Below, one piece after another: positions 28,602-38,116 of a stretch of DNA of 64,000 nt (the first letter of the stretch is position 1; every line of letters starts with the position of its first letter). The notes below the pieces were generated by a model. That model saw only the letters and a list, made by a program, of their open reading frames with translations. It was not told the DNA's origin and searched no databases. Location: assembly GCF_000006765.1 (NCBI RefSeq), contig NC_002516.2, one strand, 5' to 3'. Source of the stretch: Pseudomonas aeruginosa PAO1 (GTDB lineage: Bacteria > Pseudomonadota > Gammaproteobacteria > Pseudomonadales > Pseudomonadaceae). Position numbers and translations under genes: made by a program.

Positions 28602-30069
28602 CCGGACGCGGCTGGCGCAGGACCGCCATGGCGCTGAGGAAGAGCAGCGCGGCGGCGGCCAGCAGCACGGCGACGAAGGCCTGGTCGAAAGCCTGCCGGG
28701 CAAGCTCGACGAGCCGCGACGCGACCTCCGGCGCCAGGCCCTCGGCGACCAACAGGGCGTCGTCGAGGCTGTCGCGGACCCGCGCCGGCAGCTCGGCCGA
28801 GGGCAGCCTCAGCGACATCCCGTAGACGAAACTCATCAGGCTGCCGAGCAGGGTCACGCCGATCACCCCGCCCAGTTCGTAGGATACGTCTTCGATGGCG
28901 GCCGCCATTCCGGAACTCTGTTCGTCCACGTTGAGCATCACCGCGGTGGAGGCGGCGGTCATCGCGCCGCCGAAGCCGACGCCGAGCAGCACCAGGCTGG
29001 CCAGTTGCGCTCCGGTGGCGGACTGGTAGGACAGGGCCAGGCCGAGCAATCCGGCGCTGCCGAACAGCAGGGAGGCGCACATCACCCGGTTCTCGCCCCA
29101 GCGCGGCACCAGCCAGCCGGCCAGCGGCCCGACCACCAGCGAGGCCAGCGGGATCGGCAGGACGAACAGGCCGGCCTTCAGCGGCGTCAGGCCCTGCACC
29201 AGTTGCAGGTGCTGGCTGAACACCAGTTCCATGCCGAGCAGCGCCATGGTCGCCACCAGGGCCACCGCGACGCCGCGGGCGAAGCGCCGGTTGCGGAACA
29301 GCGCGAAGTCGATCATCGGTTCGCGGGCGCGGCGCTGGCGGCGGACGAACAGGTACAGGCAGAGCATGCCGCCGAGCGCGGCGAGGACGGCCAGCCCGAA
29401 GTCCGGGGCGCGTGTGCTGAGTTCCTTGATCGCATACACCACCCCGACCAGGCCGAACATCACCTGCAGCGAGCCGAGGGCGTCCCATGGGCGCCGCGAC
29501 TGGCCGCCGCAGGCCGGGATGGCCGGCAGCGCCAGCAACAAAGCGACGACCACCACCGGGACGTTGATGAGGAACACCGAGCCCCACCAGAAGAACTCCA
29601 GCAGCACGCCGCCGACCACCGGCCCCAGCGCCGCGCCGGCAGAGGCGACGGAGGCCCAGATGCCGATGGCCAGGGCGCGTTCGCGTTCGTCCTGGAAGAC
29701 ATGGCGGACGATCGACAGGGTCGCCGGCATCATCACTGCCGCGCCCACCGCCAACCCGGCGCGGGCGGCGATCAGCGCCGCGGCGCTGGGGGCGAAGGCG
29801 GCGCACAGCGAGGCCAGGCCGAACAGCGGCAGGCCGGCGAGGAACAGCCGCTTGTGGCCAAGGCGGTCGCTGAGCAAGCCGGCGCCGGGCAGCAGGCCGG
29901 CGACCACCAGCGGATAGGCGTTGACGATCCAGAGTTTCTCCGCGGCCGTCGCGCCGAGGTCGTGGGTCAGGCGCGGCAGGGCCGTGTAGAGCACGGTCAT
30001 GTCGATGATGATGAGGAACAGGGCGCTGGAGACGATGGCCAGGACCAGCCAGCGGTTCTGCCGGAACAT
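28564..30069 (-). CDS. smvA: MFS 14-TMS cationic biocide efflux pump (SmvA/QacA-like)
   Basis: DMTVLYTALP, EKLWIVNAYPLV, LSDRLGHKR, WWGSVFLINVP; divergent TetR. Symbol assigned from recollection of PA1282. Confidence 0.85.
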   Translation of the reverse strand: MFRQNRWLVLAIVSSALFLIIIDMTVLYTALPRLTHDLGATAAEKLWIVNAYPLVVAGLLPGAGLLSDRLGHKRLFLAGLPLFGLASLCAAFAPSAAALIAARAGLAVGAAVMMPATLSIVRHVFQDERERALAIGIWASVASAGAALGPVVGGVLLEFFWWGSVFLINVPVVVVALLLALPAIPACGGQSRRPWDALGSLQVMFGLVGVVYAIKELSTRAPDFGLAVLAALGGMLCLYLFVRRQRRAREPMIDFALFRNRRFARGVAVALVATMALLGMELVFSQHLQLVQGLTPLKAGLFVLPIPLASLVVGPLAGWLVPRWGENRVMCASLLFGSAGLLGLALSYQSATGAQLASLVLLGVGFGGAMTAASTAVMLNVDEQSSGMAAAIEDVSYELGGVIGVTLLGSLMSFVYGMSLRLPSAELPARVRDSLDDALLVAEGLAPEVASRLVELARQAFDQAFVAVLLAAAALLFLSAMAVLRQPRPATEPAPPAPHTR

Positions 30070-30149
30070 GGGATAACCTCTGTGGCGAACGGTTCATCGC
30101 TCGCCGTGGATAACGGGAATTGCGCGCCACGGGCGGGCGCGTGAAAATA

Positions 30150-30171
30150 TAAATACATACGTATGGATTTA
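30150..30171. promoter_or_regulatory. TetR (SmvR-like) operator
   Basis: TAAATACATACGTATGGATTTA, a 22-bp palindrome with one mismatch, between divergent MFS and TetR genes. Confidence 0.7.
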
Positions 30172-30187
30172 AACTCAAGAGGTAGCC

Positions 30188-30748
30188 ATGGGACGCCGAC
30201 GAACGATCGACCGTGACCAGTTGCTCGATGCCGCCGAGGCGGTGATCGCCCGCGAGGGCGCGGCCGGCCTGACCATCGATGCGGTGGCGAAGGAAATGGG
30301 CATCACCAAGGGCGGCGTGCAGTACTGCTTCGGTACCAAGGACGCGCTGATCGACGCGATCTTCGAGCGCTGGGGCAAGGCCTACGACAGCCTGTTCGAA
30401 GCGGTGGCGGGGAAGCAGCCGACGCCGCTGACGCGGGTTCGCGCGCATGCCGAGGCGACCCAGCGTTCGGACGAGTTGTCCAGCAGCAAGGCGGCGGCGC
30501 TGATGGCGGCGCTGATCCAGACGCCCGAGCACCTGGAGGGCAGCAACCAGTGGTATCGCAGCCGGTTGGAAGGCCTGGACCTGTCCGCACCCGAGGGGCG
30601 CCGTGCGCGCCTGGCGTTCCTGGCGGTGGAGGGCGCCTTCATGTTGCGCTACTTCCGCCTGATGGACATTGGCCAGGACGAGTGGGACTCGATGCTCGAC
30701 GACGTCCGTGCGTTGTTGCTGACGGCGGCTGGCGCCAGCGGAGACTGA
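30188..30748 (+). CDS. smvR: TetR-family repressor
   Basis: LLDAAEAVIAREGAAGLTIDAVAKEMGITKGGVQYCFGTK HTH. Confidence 0.88.
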   Translation: MGRRRTIDRDQLLDAAEAVIAREGAAGLTIDAVAKEMGITKGGVQYCFGTKDALIDAIFERWGKAYDSLFEAVAGKQPTPLTRVRAHAEATQRSDELSSSKAAALMAALIQTPEHLEGSNQWYRSRLEGLDLSAPEGRRARLAFLAVEGAFMLRYFRLMDIGQDEWDSMLDDVRALLLTAAGASGD

Positions 30749-30778
30749 GGCTCCGCTGGCGCGCTGCGGGTGGTCGCC

Positions 30779-32599
30779 TCAGTCGAAGGCGAAGTGCTCG
30801 CTCTTCAGGTCCATGATCGAACCCGTCGGCTTCGCCATTGCCGCCGCGTGGCCCTTGGCGCGCGGAAGCAGGCGGGCGAAGTAGAACTCGCTGGTGGCGA
30901 TCTTGGCCTTGTAGAAGTCCGCCGACTCGCTGCCGCCCTGGCGCAGTCGCCGGCGCGCAGCGGCTTCCTGGAGGGCCCAGGAATAGGCCAGCGTGGCGTA
31001 GCCGGAGAACATCAGGTAGTCGTGGCTGGCGGTGCTCACCAGATCGCGTTGCTTGCGCGCGGTGAGGGCAATGCGCAGGGTCAGCAGGTTCCATTGGGCG
31101 CAGAGCTTGAGCAGCACCAGGGCGCGGCCGCGCATGCGCGGCTCGTTCTTCAGCAGGTCGACGGCGAACCGGGCCACGCCCCTGGTGAAGTCGCGCACGG
31201 CCTTGCCCTGGGTCATCAGCAGGACCTTGCGGCCGAGCAGGTCGAGGGCCTGGATGCCGGTGGTGCCTTCGTAGAGGGTGGCGATCCGCGCGTCGCGGAC
31301 GATCTGCTCCATGCCGTGTTCGCGGATATAGCCGTGGCCGCCGAACACCTGCATGCCGAGGTTGGCGCTTTCCAGGCCGAGTTCGGTCAGGCAGCCCTTG
31401 AGGATCGGCGTGAGGAAGCCGAGCTTGTCGTCCCAGCGTTCGTATTCGGCGTCGTCGTTGCTGAGGATGCCCTGGATCATCCGGTCGGCGTACTGGGTGG
31501 CCAGGTAGACCAGCGCCCGGCCGCCTTCGGCGATGGCTTTCTGGGTCAGCAGCATGCGCCGCACGTCACCGTGGTGCATCAGGCTGTCGGCGACCTGGTC
31601 GGGTTCCTTGGTCCCGGAGAGCGCGCGCATGGAGCGGCGTTCGCGGGCGTAGGCGAGGGCGCCCTGGTAGGCCAGCTCGGCGGTGGCCACGCCCTGGATG
31701 GCGGTGCCGATGCGGGCGCTGTTCATGAAGGTGAACATGCATTCCAGGCCCTTGTTCGGCGGTCCGATGAGGAAGCCGGTGGCGCCGTCGAAGTTCATCA
31801 CGCAGGTGGCCGAGGCCTTGATCCCCATCTTCTTCTCCAGCGCGCCGCAACTCACGCCGTTGCGCGGGCCGAGCGCGCCGCCTTCGCCGGGAAGGAACTT
31901 GGGCACGATGAACAGGGAAATGCCGCGGGTGCCCTTCGGTGCGTCCGGCAGGCGGGCGAGGACGATGTGGACGATGTTCTCGGTGAGGTCGTGTTCGCCG
32001 GAAGAGATGAAGATCTTCGTCCCGCTGATGGCGTAGCTACCGTCGGGGTTGGCCTCGGCGCGGGTCTTCACCTGGCCGAGATCGGTGCCGCACTGCGGCT
32101 CGGTGAGGCACATGGTGCCGCCCCAGCGGCCCTCGGTGAGCGGAGCCAGGTAGGTCTGCTTCTGTTCCTCGGTGCCGTGCTGCATCAGGGTGTTCATCGC
32201 GCCGAGGGAGAGGCCGGGATACATGGAGAACGGCCAGTTGGCGGTGCCCATCATCTCCTGCTTGAGCGCGCCGAGGCTCATCGGCAGGCCCTGGCCGCCG
32301 TACTCCACCGGGTGCGAGAGGCCCTGCCAGCCGCCGGCGACGTAGGCCTCGTAGGCCTCCTTGTAGCCCTTCGGCGTCCGCACTTCGCCGTTCTCCAGGT
32401 GGCAGCCTTCCTCGTCGCCGCTGTGGTAGAGCGGGGCGATCACTTCCTCGCAGAGCTTCGCGCATTCGCCGAGGATCGCATCGACCATGTCCGGCGTGGC
32501 TTCGGCGCCGTTGACCAGGTTGCGGTAATGCTCGGGGAAATCGAAGACTTCGTTGAGCAGGAAGCGCGTGTCGCGCAGCGGGGCTTTGTAAACGGGCAT
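30779..32599 (-). CDS. Acyl-CoA dehydrogenase (FadE-like, 606 aa)
   Basis: MPVYKAPLRD start, TMCLTEPQCGTDL, GTKIFIS, GISLFIVPK, QVFGGHGYIRE, LYEGTTGIQ. Confidence 0.95.
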   Translation of the reverse strand: MPVYKAPLRDTRFLLNEVFDFPEHYRNLVNGAEATPDMVDAILGECAKLCEEVIAPLYHSGDEEGCHLENGEVRTPKGYKEAYEAYVAGGWQGLSHPVEYGGQGLPMSLGALKQEMMGTANWPFSMYPGLSLGAMNTLMQHGTEEQKQTYLAPLTEGRWGGTMCLTEPQCGTDLGQVKTRAEANPDGSYAISGTKIFISSGEHDLTENIVHIVLARLPDAPKGTRGISLFIVPKFLPGEGGALGPRNGVSCGALEKKMGIKASATCVMNFDGATGFLIGPPNKGLECMFTFMNSARIGTAIQGVATAELAYQGALAYARERRSMRALSGTKEPDQVADSLMHHGDVRRMLLTQKAIAEGGRALVYLATQYADRMIQGILSNDDAEYERWDDKLGFLTPILKGCLTELGLESANLGMQVFGGHGYIREHGMEQIVRDARIATLYEGTTGIQALDLLGRKVLLMTQGKAVRDFTRGVARFAVDLLKNEPRMRGRALVLLKLCAQWNLLTLRIALTARKQRDLVSTASHDYLMFSGYATLAYSWALQEAAARRRLRQGGSESADFYKAKIATSEFYFARLLPRAKGHAAAMAKPTGSIMDLKSEHFAFD

Positions 32600-32747
32600 G
32601 GCTACCTCGGCGATGGATGGACGGGCGCCGGGTGCTCCCGGTCGCCGCTGACAGCGCGAGTTATAGGCCAGCGCCCGGTGTCCGGCCTTGGCAGGGGCAA
32701 CAGACGGCGTTGGCAGTTCGGACAATCCGCTTGACCGACGAGAGGTA

Positions 32748-32761
32748 CGGGTATATACACG
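32748..32761. promoter_or_regulatory. MarR operator upstream of marR
   Basis: CGGGTATATACACG, one mismatch from the perfect palindrome at 33225-33238; TTGACC at 32731. Confidence 0.65.
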
Positions 32762-32766
32762 CATCC

Positions 32767-33180
32767 ATGCTACCGACCCAATGCCTCTGTACCAAACTGC
32801 GTCGCGCCGCCCGCAGCGTTTCCCGCTTCTACGACGAGGCGCTGGCCGATACCGGCCTCAAGGTGGCGCAGTTTTCCCTGCTGCGGCATTTGCGGCGCCT
32901 GGACCGGCCGAGCATTTCCGAACTCGCCGAAGCCATGGGACTCGACCGCAGCACCCTCGGTCGCAACCTGCGGGTGCTGGAAGGCGACGGCCTGCTGCGC
33001 CTGACCGGTGGCGAGGACCAGCGCAACCGCCTGGTCGAGCTGACACCTGCCGGGCTGGATGCCCTGGAGCGCGGAACGCCGGCCTGGGAAGACGCGCAGC
33101 GGCGTCTCGCCGGGCGCCTTGGCGAGGAGCGCAGCGGCGCCTTGGCGGCGTTGCTGGCGGAACTGGAGCGACTGGACTGA
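32767..33180 (+). CDS. MarR-family regulator
   Basis: CLCTKLRRAARSVSRFYD, LAEAMGLDRSTLGRNLRVLE, DQRNRLVELT. Confidence 0.92.
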   Translation: MLPTQCLCTKLRRAARSVSRFYDEALADTGLKVAQFSLLRHLRRLDRPSISELAEAMGLDRSTLGRNLRVLEGDGLLRLTGGEDQRNRLVELTPAGLDALERGTPAWEDAQRRLAGRLGEERSGALAALLAELERLD

Positions 33181-33224
33181 CAACCGACGAAGCCTCTCGC
33201 CGAGGCGCTTCGTTCACGATAAAG

Positions 33225-33238
33225 CGGGTATATACCCG
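33225..33238. promoter_or_regulatory. MarR operator upstream of MFS gene
   Basis: Perfect 14-bp palindrome CGGGTATATACCCG. Confidence 0.7.
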
Positions 33239-33253
33239 TAGATGGAGCGACCC

Positions 33254-34453
33254 ATGCCGCGTGCCGCCTTCTGGATCCTGCTGTCCGGAGCCCTGATCCT
33301 CGCCCTGTCCCTCGGCGTGCGACATGGCTTCGGCCTGTTCCTCGCGCCGATGAGCGCCGACTTCGGCTGGGGCCGCGAAGTCTTCGCCTTCGCCATCGCC
33401 TTGCAGAACCTGGTCTGGGGCCTGGCCCAGCCGTTCACCGGGGCGCTCGCCGACCGCTACGGCGCGGCGCGGGCGGTGCTGGTGGGGGGCCTGCTGTACG
33501 CCCTCGGCCTGGTCCTGATGGGACTCTCGCAGTCGGCCAGTGGGCTGTCGCTGAGCGCCGGCCTGCTGATCGGCCTGGGCCTTTCCGGCACCTCGTTCTC
33601 GGTGATCCTCGGCGCCGTCGGCCGCGCAGTGCCGGCGGAGCAGCGCAGCATGGCGATGGGTATCTCCAGCGCGGCCGGCTCCTTCGGCCAGTTCGCCATG
33701 CTGCCCGGTACCCTCGGCCTGATCGGCTGGCTGGGCTGGTCCTCGGCCCTGCTCGCCCTGGGCCTGCTGGTGGCGCTGATCGTGCCGCTGGCCGGGCTGA
33801 TGAAGGATCGCCCGTTGCCGCCGCAGGGCCACGAACAGAGCCTCGGCGAAGCGCTGCGCGAGGCCTGCGCGCATTCCGGGTTCTGGCTGCTGGCGCTGGG
33901 CTTCTTCGTCTGCGGCTTCCAGGTGGTGTTCATCGGCGTACACCTGCCGGCCTACCTGGTCGACCAGCACCTGCCGGCGCAGGTCGGCACCACGGTGCTG
34001 GCGCTGGTCGGGCTGTTCAACGTGTTCGGCACCTACATCGCCGGCTGGCTCGGCGGGCGCTGGTCGAAGCCGCGCCTGCTGACCGCGCTGTACCTGGTGC
34101 GCGGGGTAGTGATCGTGCTGTTTCTCTGGCTGCCGCTGAGCGTCTACAGCGCCTACGCCTTCGGCGTGGCCATGGGGCTGCTGTGGCTGTCCACGGTGCC
34201 CCTGACCAACGGCACCGTGGCGACCCTGTTCGGCGTGCGCAACCTGTCGATGCTCGGCGGCATCGTGTTCCTCTTCCACCAGTTGGGCGCCTTCCTCGGC
34301 GGCTGGCTGGGCGGGGTGGTCTACGACCGCACCGGCAGCTACGACCTGGTCTGGCAGTTGTCGATCCTGCTAAGCCTGCTCGCGGCGCTGCTCAACTGGC
34401 CGGTGCGCGAGCGTCCGGTGGCGCGCCTGCAGGTGGCCGGAGGCGCGGCGTGA
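33254..34453 (+). CDS. MFS transporter (12-TMS, OFA/MCT-like)
   Basis: GGAG RBS before ATG 33254; GVRHGFGLFL, GALADRYG, FFVCGFQVVFIGVHLP. Confidence 0.92.
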   Translation: MPRAAFWILLSGALILALSLGVRHGFGLFLAPMSADFGWGREVFAFAIALQNLVWGLAQPFTGALADRYGAARAVLVGGLLYALGLVLMGLSQSASGLSLSAGLLIGLGLSGTSFSVILGAVGRAVPAEQRSMAMGISSAAGSFGQFAMLPGTLGLIGWLGWSSALLALGLLVALIVPLAGLMKDRPLPPQGHEQSLGEALREACAHSGFWLLALGFFVCGFQVVFIGVHLPAYLVDQHLPAQVGTTVLALVGLFNVFGTYIAGWLGGRWSKPRLLTALYLVRGVVIVLFLWLPLSVYSAYAFGVAMGLLWLSTVPLTNGTVATLFGVRNLSMLGGIVFLFHQLGAFLGGWLGGVVYDRTGSYDLVWQLSILLSLLAALLNWPVRERPVARLQVAGGAA

Positions 34454-34557
34454 AGCTGGCCTGGCTGCTCGCCGCCGGGGCGCTGCTGGGACTCGCCTGG
34501 TGGGGCTGGCAGCGTGGCGGACTGGCGCTGCTGGAACTGGGCATGGGCGCATGCTGA
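34450..34557 (+). CDS. 35-aa small membrane protein
   Basis: GGAGG at 34439-34443; GTG overlaps the MFS TGA; MKLAWLLAAGALLGLAWWGWQRGGLALLELGMGAC*. Confidence 0.6.
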   Translation: MKLAWLLAAGALLGLAWWGWQRGGLALLELGMGAC

Positions 34558-34617
34558 TAGGTGGCGATAGGCGCGGGGAAGGGTAAGCTGGGACATTCGT
34601 CGCCAAGGAGCCATTCC

Positions 34618-35172
34618 ATGAAACCTCGCGTGCTGTTGTCCGTCCTGGCGCTCGCCGGGCTGCCGCTGAGCGGCTGGGCCGCCGATTGCCCGGAACTGCT
34701 GCAGGGCCAGTTGACCAAGCTGCGTTCCAAGGAAAGCATCGATCTTTGCCAGCGTTACGCCGGCAAGCCGCTGGTGGTGGTCAACACTGCCAGCCACTGT
34801 GGCTTCACCCCGCAGTTCAAGGGGCTCGAGGCGCTCTACCAGCGTTACAAGGGGCAGGGCCTGGAAGTGCTCGGGGTACCTTCCGACGACTTCAAGCAGG
34901 AAGCCGCGGATACCGCCGAGACCGCGAAGATCTGCTATGGCAACTACGGCGTGACCTTCGCCATGACCCAGCCGCAGCACGTGCGCGGCGACGAGGCGAT
35001 CCCGCTGTTCCGCCAGTTGGCCGAGCAGAGCGGCCAGGCGCCGCGCTGGAATTTCTACAAGTACGTGGTGGATCGCCAGGGCAGGGTGGTCGCGCAGTTC
35101 TCCAGCAAGACCACCCCGGACGATCCGCAGCTCCAGGCCGCCATCGAGAAGGCCATCGCCAGCCAGCCCTGA
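34618..35172 (+). CDS. Glutathione peroxidase family protein, probably exported
   Basis: Signal-peptide-like N-terminus; [29 protein letters not shown]. Confidence 0.93.
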   Translation: MKPRVLLSVLALAGLPLSGWAADCPELLQGQLTKLRSKESIDLCQRYAGKPLVVVNTASHCGFTPQFKGLEALYQRYKGQGLEVLGVPSDDFKQEAADTAETAKICYGNYGVTFAMTQPQHVRGDEAIPLFRQLAEQSGQAPRWNFYKYVVDRQGRVVAQFSSKTTPDDPQLQAAIEKAIASQP

Positions 35173-35187
35173 GGGTCGGCCAGGCAT

Positions 35188-35216
35188 GAAAAAGCCGGGC
35201 AATGCCCGGCTTCTTC
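35188..35216. terminator. Bidirectional intrinsic terminator between gpx and fadL
   Basis: AAAAAGCCGGGCA-A-TGCCCGGCTTCTT hairpin with A- and T-rich flanks. Confidence 0.85.
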
Positions 35217-35230
35217 GTTGGCGCGTGCGA

Positions 35231-36505
35231 TCAGAAGCGATAGGTGACCTGGGCGGTCAGGCCATGCGCGCTGTTGTCGTACTTGGCGCTGTAGGCCGGC
35301 TGCAGGGCGCTGCCTTCCTGGTTGACGCCGGCGGTGGTTTCCCACAGGTAGGCGTAGGCCACGTCGACGGTCAGGTCCTGGTTCGGCGACCAGCCGGCAC
35401 CGACGGTGAAGACCTTGCGGTCGCCCACCGGGATGCGCACGTTGCGGTCCTCGTTGGAGGTCGGCGACGGCTCGTAGGCAAAGCCGGTGCGCAGCACCCA
35501 CTCCGGGGTGGCCTGGTAGGAGGTACCTACCGAGAAGGACCAGGTGTCGCGCCAGTTCAGGTCTTCGCCGATGGTGTTGAAGCCCAGGGCCTGGCCGAGC
35601 GCCGGTACGCCGCTGTTGCGCACCTCGATCTTCTCCAGGCGGCTCCAGCGGGTCCAGACGGCGCCCAGGTAGCCCGTCCACTTGTCGTCGAACTTGTGGG
35701 TGATGGAGGTATCCACCGATTCCGGCAGGGTGATGTCCAGCTTGGCATCGTACTTGCCGTTCAGGCCCAGGGCACCCGGAGCGTTCTTCACTTCGGTGTT
35801 GCCGCCCAGGTGGTACTTGACCTTGGAGTGGTAGGTCAGGCCCCAGGTGGTGTCGTCGGTCAGGTCGACCATCACGCCGACGTTGTAGCCGATGGCGGTG
35901 TCGTCGCCCTTGATGTTGATCTTGGTATCGCCGTTGCTGCCGAGCAGGCCATTGGTGGCCAGGGTGTTCTTCAACTGGCCGTCGATGCGGTTGAAGGTCG
36001 GACCGAAGCCGACGGAAACCTTGTCGTTGATCTTCCAGGCGATGGTCGGCTGCACGGTGATCACCTGCACCTTGCTATAGGAGCCGTGGGAGCTGCCCAT
36101 GAAGCCGTTTTCGTAATCGTTGATGATGCCGTAGGGCACGTAGATGCCCAGGCCGAAAGTGAAATCTTCGTTGATCGGCGTGGAGAAGTAGCCGAACGGT
36201 ACGGCGGCCAGCGGTACCGAGTCGCCCTTGTTGCTGCCCTGGGCGGTGCTGTGGGCCTGGCTGATGTCGTCCTTGGCCTTGACGATGGCCAGACCGCCGC
36301 TGACTTCGGTGCGTTTCAGCTTGGACAGGCCGGCCGGGTTGCCGTAGATGGTGCTGGCATCGAGCGCGGACGAGGCGCGGCCGGCGTAGGCGGTGCCGGC
36401 GCCGCTGGCGCTCTGTTCGTTGATGGCGATGCCGTTGGCGAGGGTGTAGGTGGAGACAGCGCTAATGGTCAGTGCGAGAGAGGTTTTAAACCATATTGTT
36501 TTCAT
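35231..36505 (-). CDS. fadL: OmpP1/FadL-family outer-membrane fatty acid/oxylipin transporter
   Basis: Signal peptide, NEQSASGAGTAYAG, DASTIYGNPAG, C-terminal VTYRF. Confidence 0.95.
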   Translation of the reverse strand: MKTIWFKTSLALTISAVSTYTLANGIAINEQSASGAGTAYAGRASSALDASTIYGNPAGLSKLKRTEVSGGLAIVKAKDDISQAHSTAQGSNKGDSVPLAAVPFGYFSTPINEDFTFGLGIYVPYGIINDYENGFMGSSHGSYSKVQVITVQPTIAWKINDKVSVGFGPTFNRIDGQLKNTLATNGLLGSNGDTKINIKGDDTAIGYNVGVMVDLTDDTTWGLTYHSKVKYHLGGNTEVKNAPGALGLNGKYDAKLDITLPESVDTSITHKFDDKWTGYLGAVWTRWSRLEKIEVRNSGVPALGQALGFNTIGEDLNWRDTWSFSVGTSYQATPEWVLRTGFAYEPSPTSNEDRNVRIPVGDRKVFTVGAGWSPNQDLTVDVAYAYLWETTAGVNQEGSALQPAYSAKYDNSAHGLTAQVTYRF

Positions 36506-36710
36506 TGTTGGAGCAACTCCTGTGTATAACGGCGCGCAAACTACCAAGATTCCCAGACCGGCGCCAGTGTTCCGAAGTTCCGCAGGGTGCGGAACAGAGC
36601 GGTTGGCTCCGGTGCCAGTGAAGCGAAGGTAGCGCAACCGTTCGTGTCTGTATGTAAAAAATTTTCTGACCGGTTGGTCTGTTTCGGACGCGGGATTTTT
36701 CCATTCGCCG

Positions 36711-37190
36711 TCAGGCGACCTGGCTGAGGCTGCCGATGCAGCGTTGCCAGGCGTCGATGAACTCGTGCAGGCGACCGTGCGGCTGGAATACCTGGCGCCA
36801 CACGCGAGCCTGGGCGAGGTGGTCGTGCTGGTCGGGCAGCGGCAGTCGCGCGGCTTCCACCAGCGACCAGGCGATGGCCGTGCTGTAGCGCAGGTTCACC
36901 GTCAGTTCCAGGTGCGGCGCGGCGAGGAAGGCATGCTGGCTGGCCAGGCCGCGGACCCGGCTGGCGCGCTCCGGGTCCAGCGCCAGGTACTGGTCCCAGA
37001 GCTGCTGGTGGCGTTCGCTGGCGATCCGGTACAGGCCGTGACCACGGCGGTCGTCGAGGGCGCTCCCCAGCGCCGACTGGCAGGCCGCCGCGCCCAGCAG
37101 CAGCGCTTCGGCGGCGGGGCTGTGGCAGGACAGGTAGTCCAGGGTCGGGCGTATCACGTGCTGGCAAAGATCGTTGGCGGAAATACCCAT
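36711..37190 (-). CDS. Conserved hypothetical protein, probable degenerate lysozyme-like fold
   Basis: 159-aa ORF from ATG 37190; VIRPTL, AAEALLLG, HQQLWDQYL, ELTVNLRYSTAI blocks. Confidence 0.8.
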   Translation of the reverse strand: MGISANDLCQHVIRPTLDYLSCHSPAAEALLLGAAACQSALGSALDDRRGHGLYRIASERHQQLWDQYLALDPERASRVRGLASQHAFLAAPHLELTVNLRYSTAIAWSLVEAARLPLPDQHDHLAQARVWRQVFQPHGRLHEFIDAWQRCIGSLSQVA

Positions 37191-37411
37191 GACGGCCTCG
37201 CGCAAGGTGGATCGGCGGGGCCGGGCAGTTTGGCAGCTTCTATTCCGATGGCCCCGCCGATAGCGGACTTAGCCGCTTGATTTGAAGTGTAGTGAAACAA
37301 ATCGGCTGTAAAGGACTGTTTTTAAATTGTTTCCAGCTTTAGAGAACGGCTGATATGCCTGCTGGAAATTAAACCGGCGCGTCCTTGCTTCGCTTGTGCT
37401 GGGCGGCATTC

Positions 37412-38005
37412 TCAGCCCCTGCGCAGGCTGTAGAGGAAGTCGCGGATGATGGCTTTCACTTCATTGGCCGCTTGCCGCTTGTTGCGTGCATCGCGAAGAC
37501 TCATCGCGGCCTGGGTAAGGAAGCCGTAGAGCTGGCCGACCAGGGTTTCCCGGCGGTAGTCCTTGAGTTCGCCACTGGCCGCCAGTTCGTCCACCAGGCG
37601 CCCGACGTAGCGCAGCGTGTGGCGCGAGTCGATGCGTTTCCATCGCTCCCAGCCGACGACCGTGATCACCTCCTGCAGCGACAGTTGCCGCTTGCCGCGC
37701 GCCATCACGCTGTCGATGAAGGCCTCGGCCAGTGCGGCGGCCTCCGCCCACTTGTCGACATGCGCCGGCACCCTGTCCAGGTCCTCGGCGATCGTCCGTA
37801 CCTGGCGTTCGTAGCATTCGGCGAGCAGTTCCTGCTTGCTGCCGAAGTGGTGGTAGAACGCGCCCTTGGTCACGCGCGCCTCGCGGGCGATGGCGTCGAT
37901 GGAGACGCCGCCATAGCCATGTTCGATGAAGGCGGAGAGGGCGCTTTCCAGCAGCGCCTCGCGGGTCGCCTCGGCATTTTCCTGCTGCCTGCTCTTGACA
38001 TTCAT
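37412..38005 (-). CDS. TetR-family regulator
   Basis: SRQQENAEATREALLESA...IDAIAREARVTKGAFYHHFGSK. Confidence 0.93.
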   Translation of the reverse strand: MNVKSRQQENAEATREALLESALSAFIEHGYGGVSIDAIAREARVTKGAFYHHFGSKQELLAECYERQVRTIAEDLDRVPAHVDKWAEAAALAEAFIDSVMARGKRQLSLQEVITVVGWERWKRIDSRHTLRYVGRLVDELAASGELKDYRRETLVGQLYGFLTQAAMSLRDARNKRQAANEVKAIIRDFLYSLRRG

Positions 38006-38019
38006 ACTGCTGCCTTCTT

Positions 38020-38036
38020 ACATACCGTCGGTATGT
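38020..38036. promoter_or_regulatory. TetR operator
   Basis: Perfect 8-1-8 inverted repeat ACATACCG-T-CGGTATGT between divergent TetR and hydrolase genes. Confidence 0.75.
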
Positions 38037-38116
38037 TCATGCTAGCACGCCTGGCGATCCGTCGAGCATTGCGTCCGTCCCGGCTGCTCGAACCCGCACG
38101 GCAAAGGAGAGCGCGA

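Noticed and set aside
34618-35172. Glutathione peroxidase as BtuE belonging to the B12 cluster
   Set aside because: It is about 6 kb from cobV, separated by unrelated genes, and has a signal peptide. BtuE homology alone does not imply a B12 role.
36711-37190. Prophage remnant around the lysozyme-like gene
   Set aside because: There is no holin, integrase, structural gene or att-like repeat nearby, and the neighbours are housekeeping-type genes.
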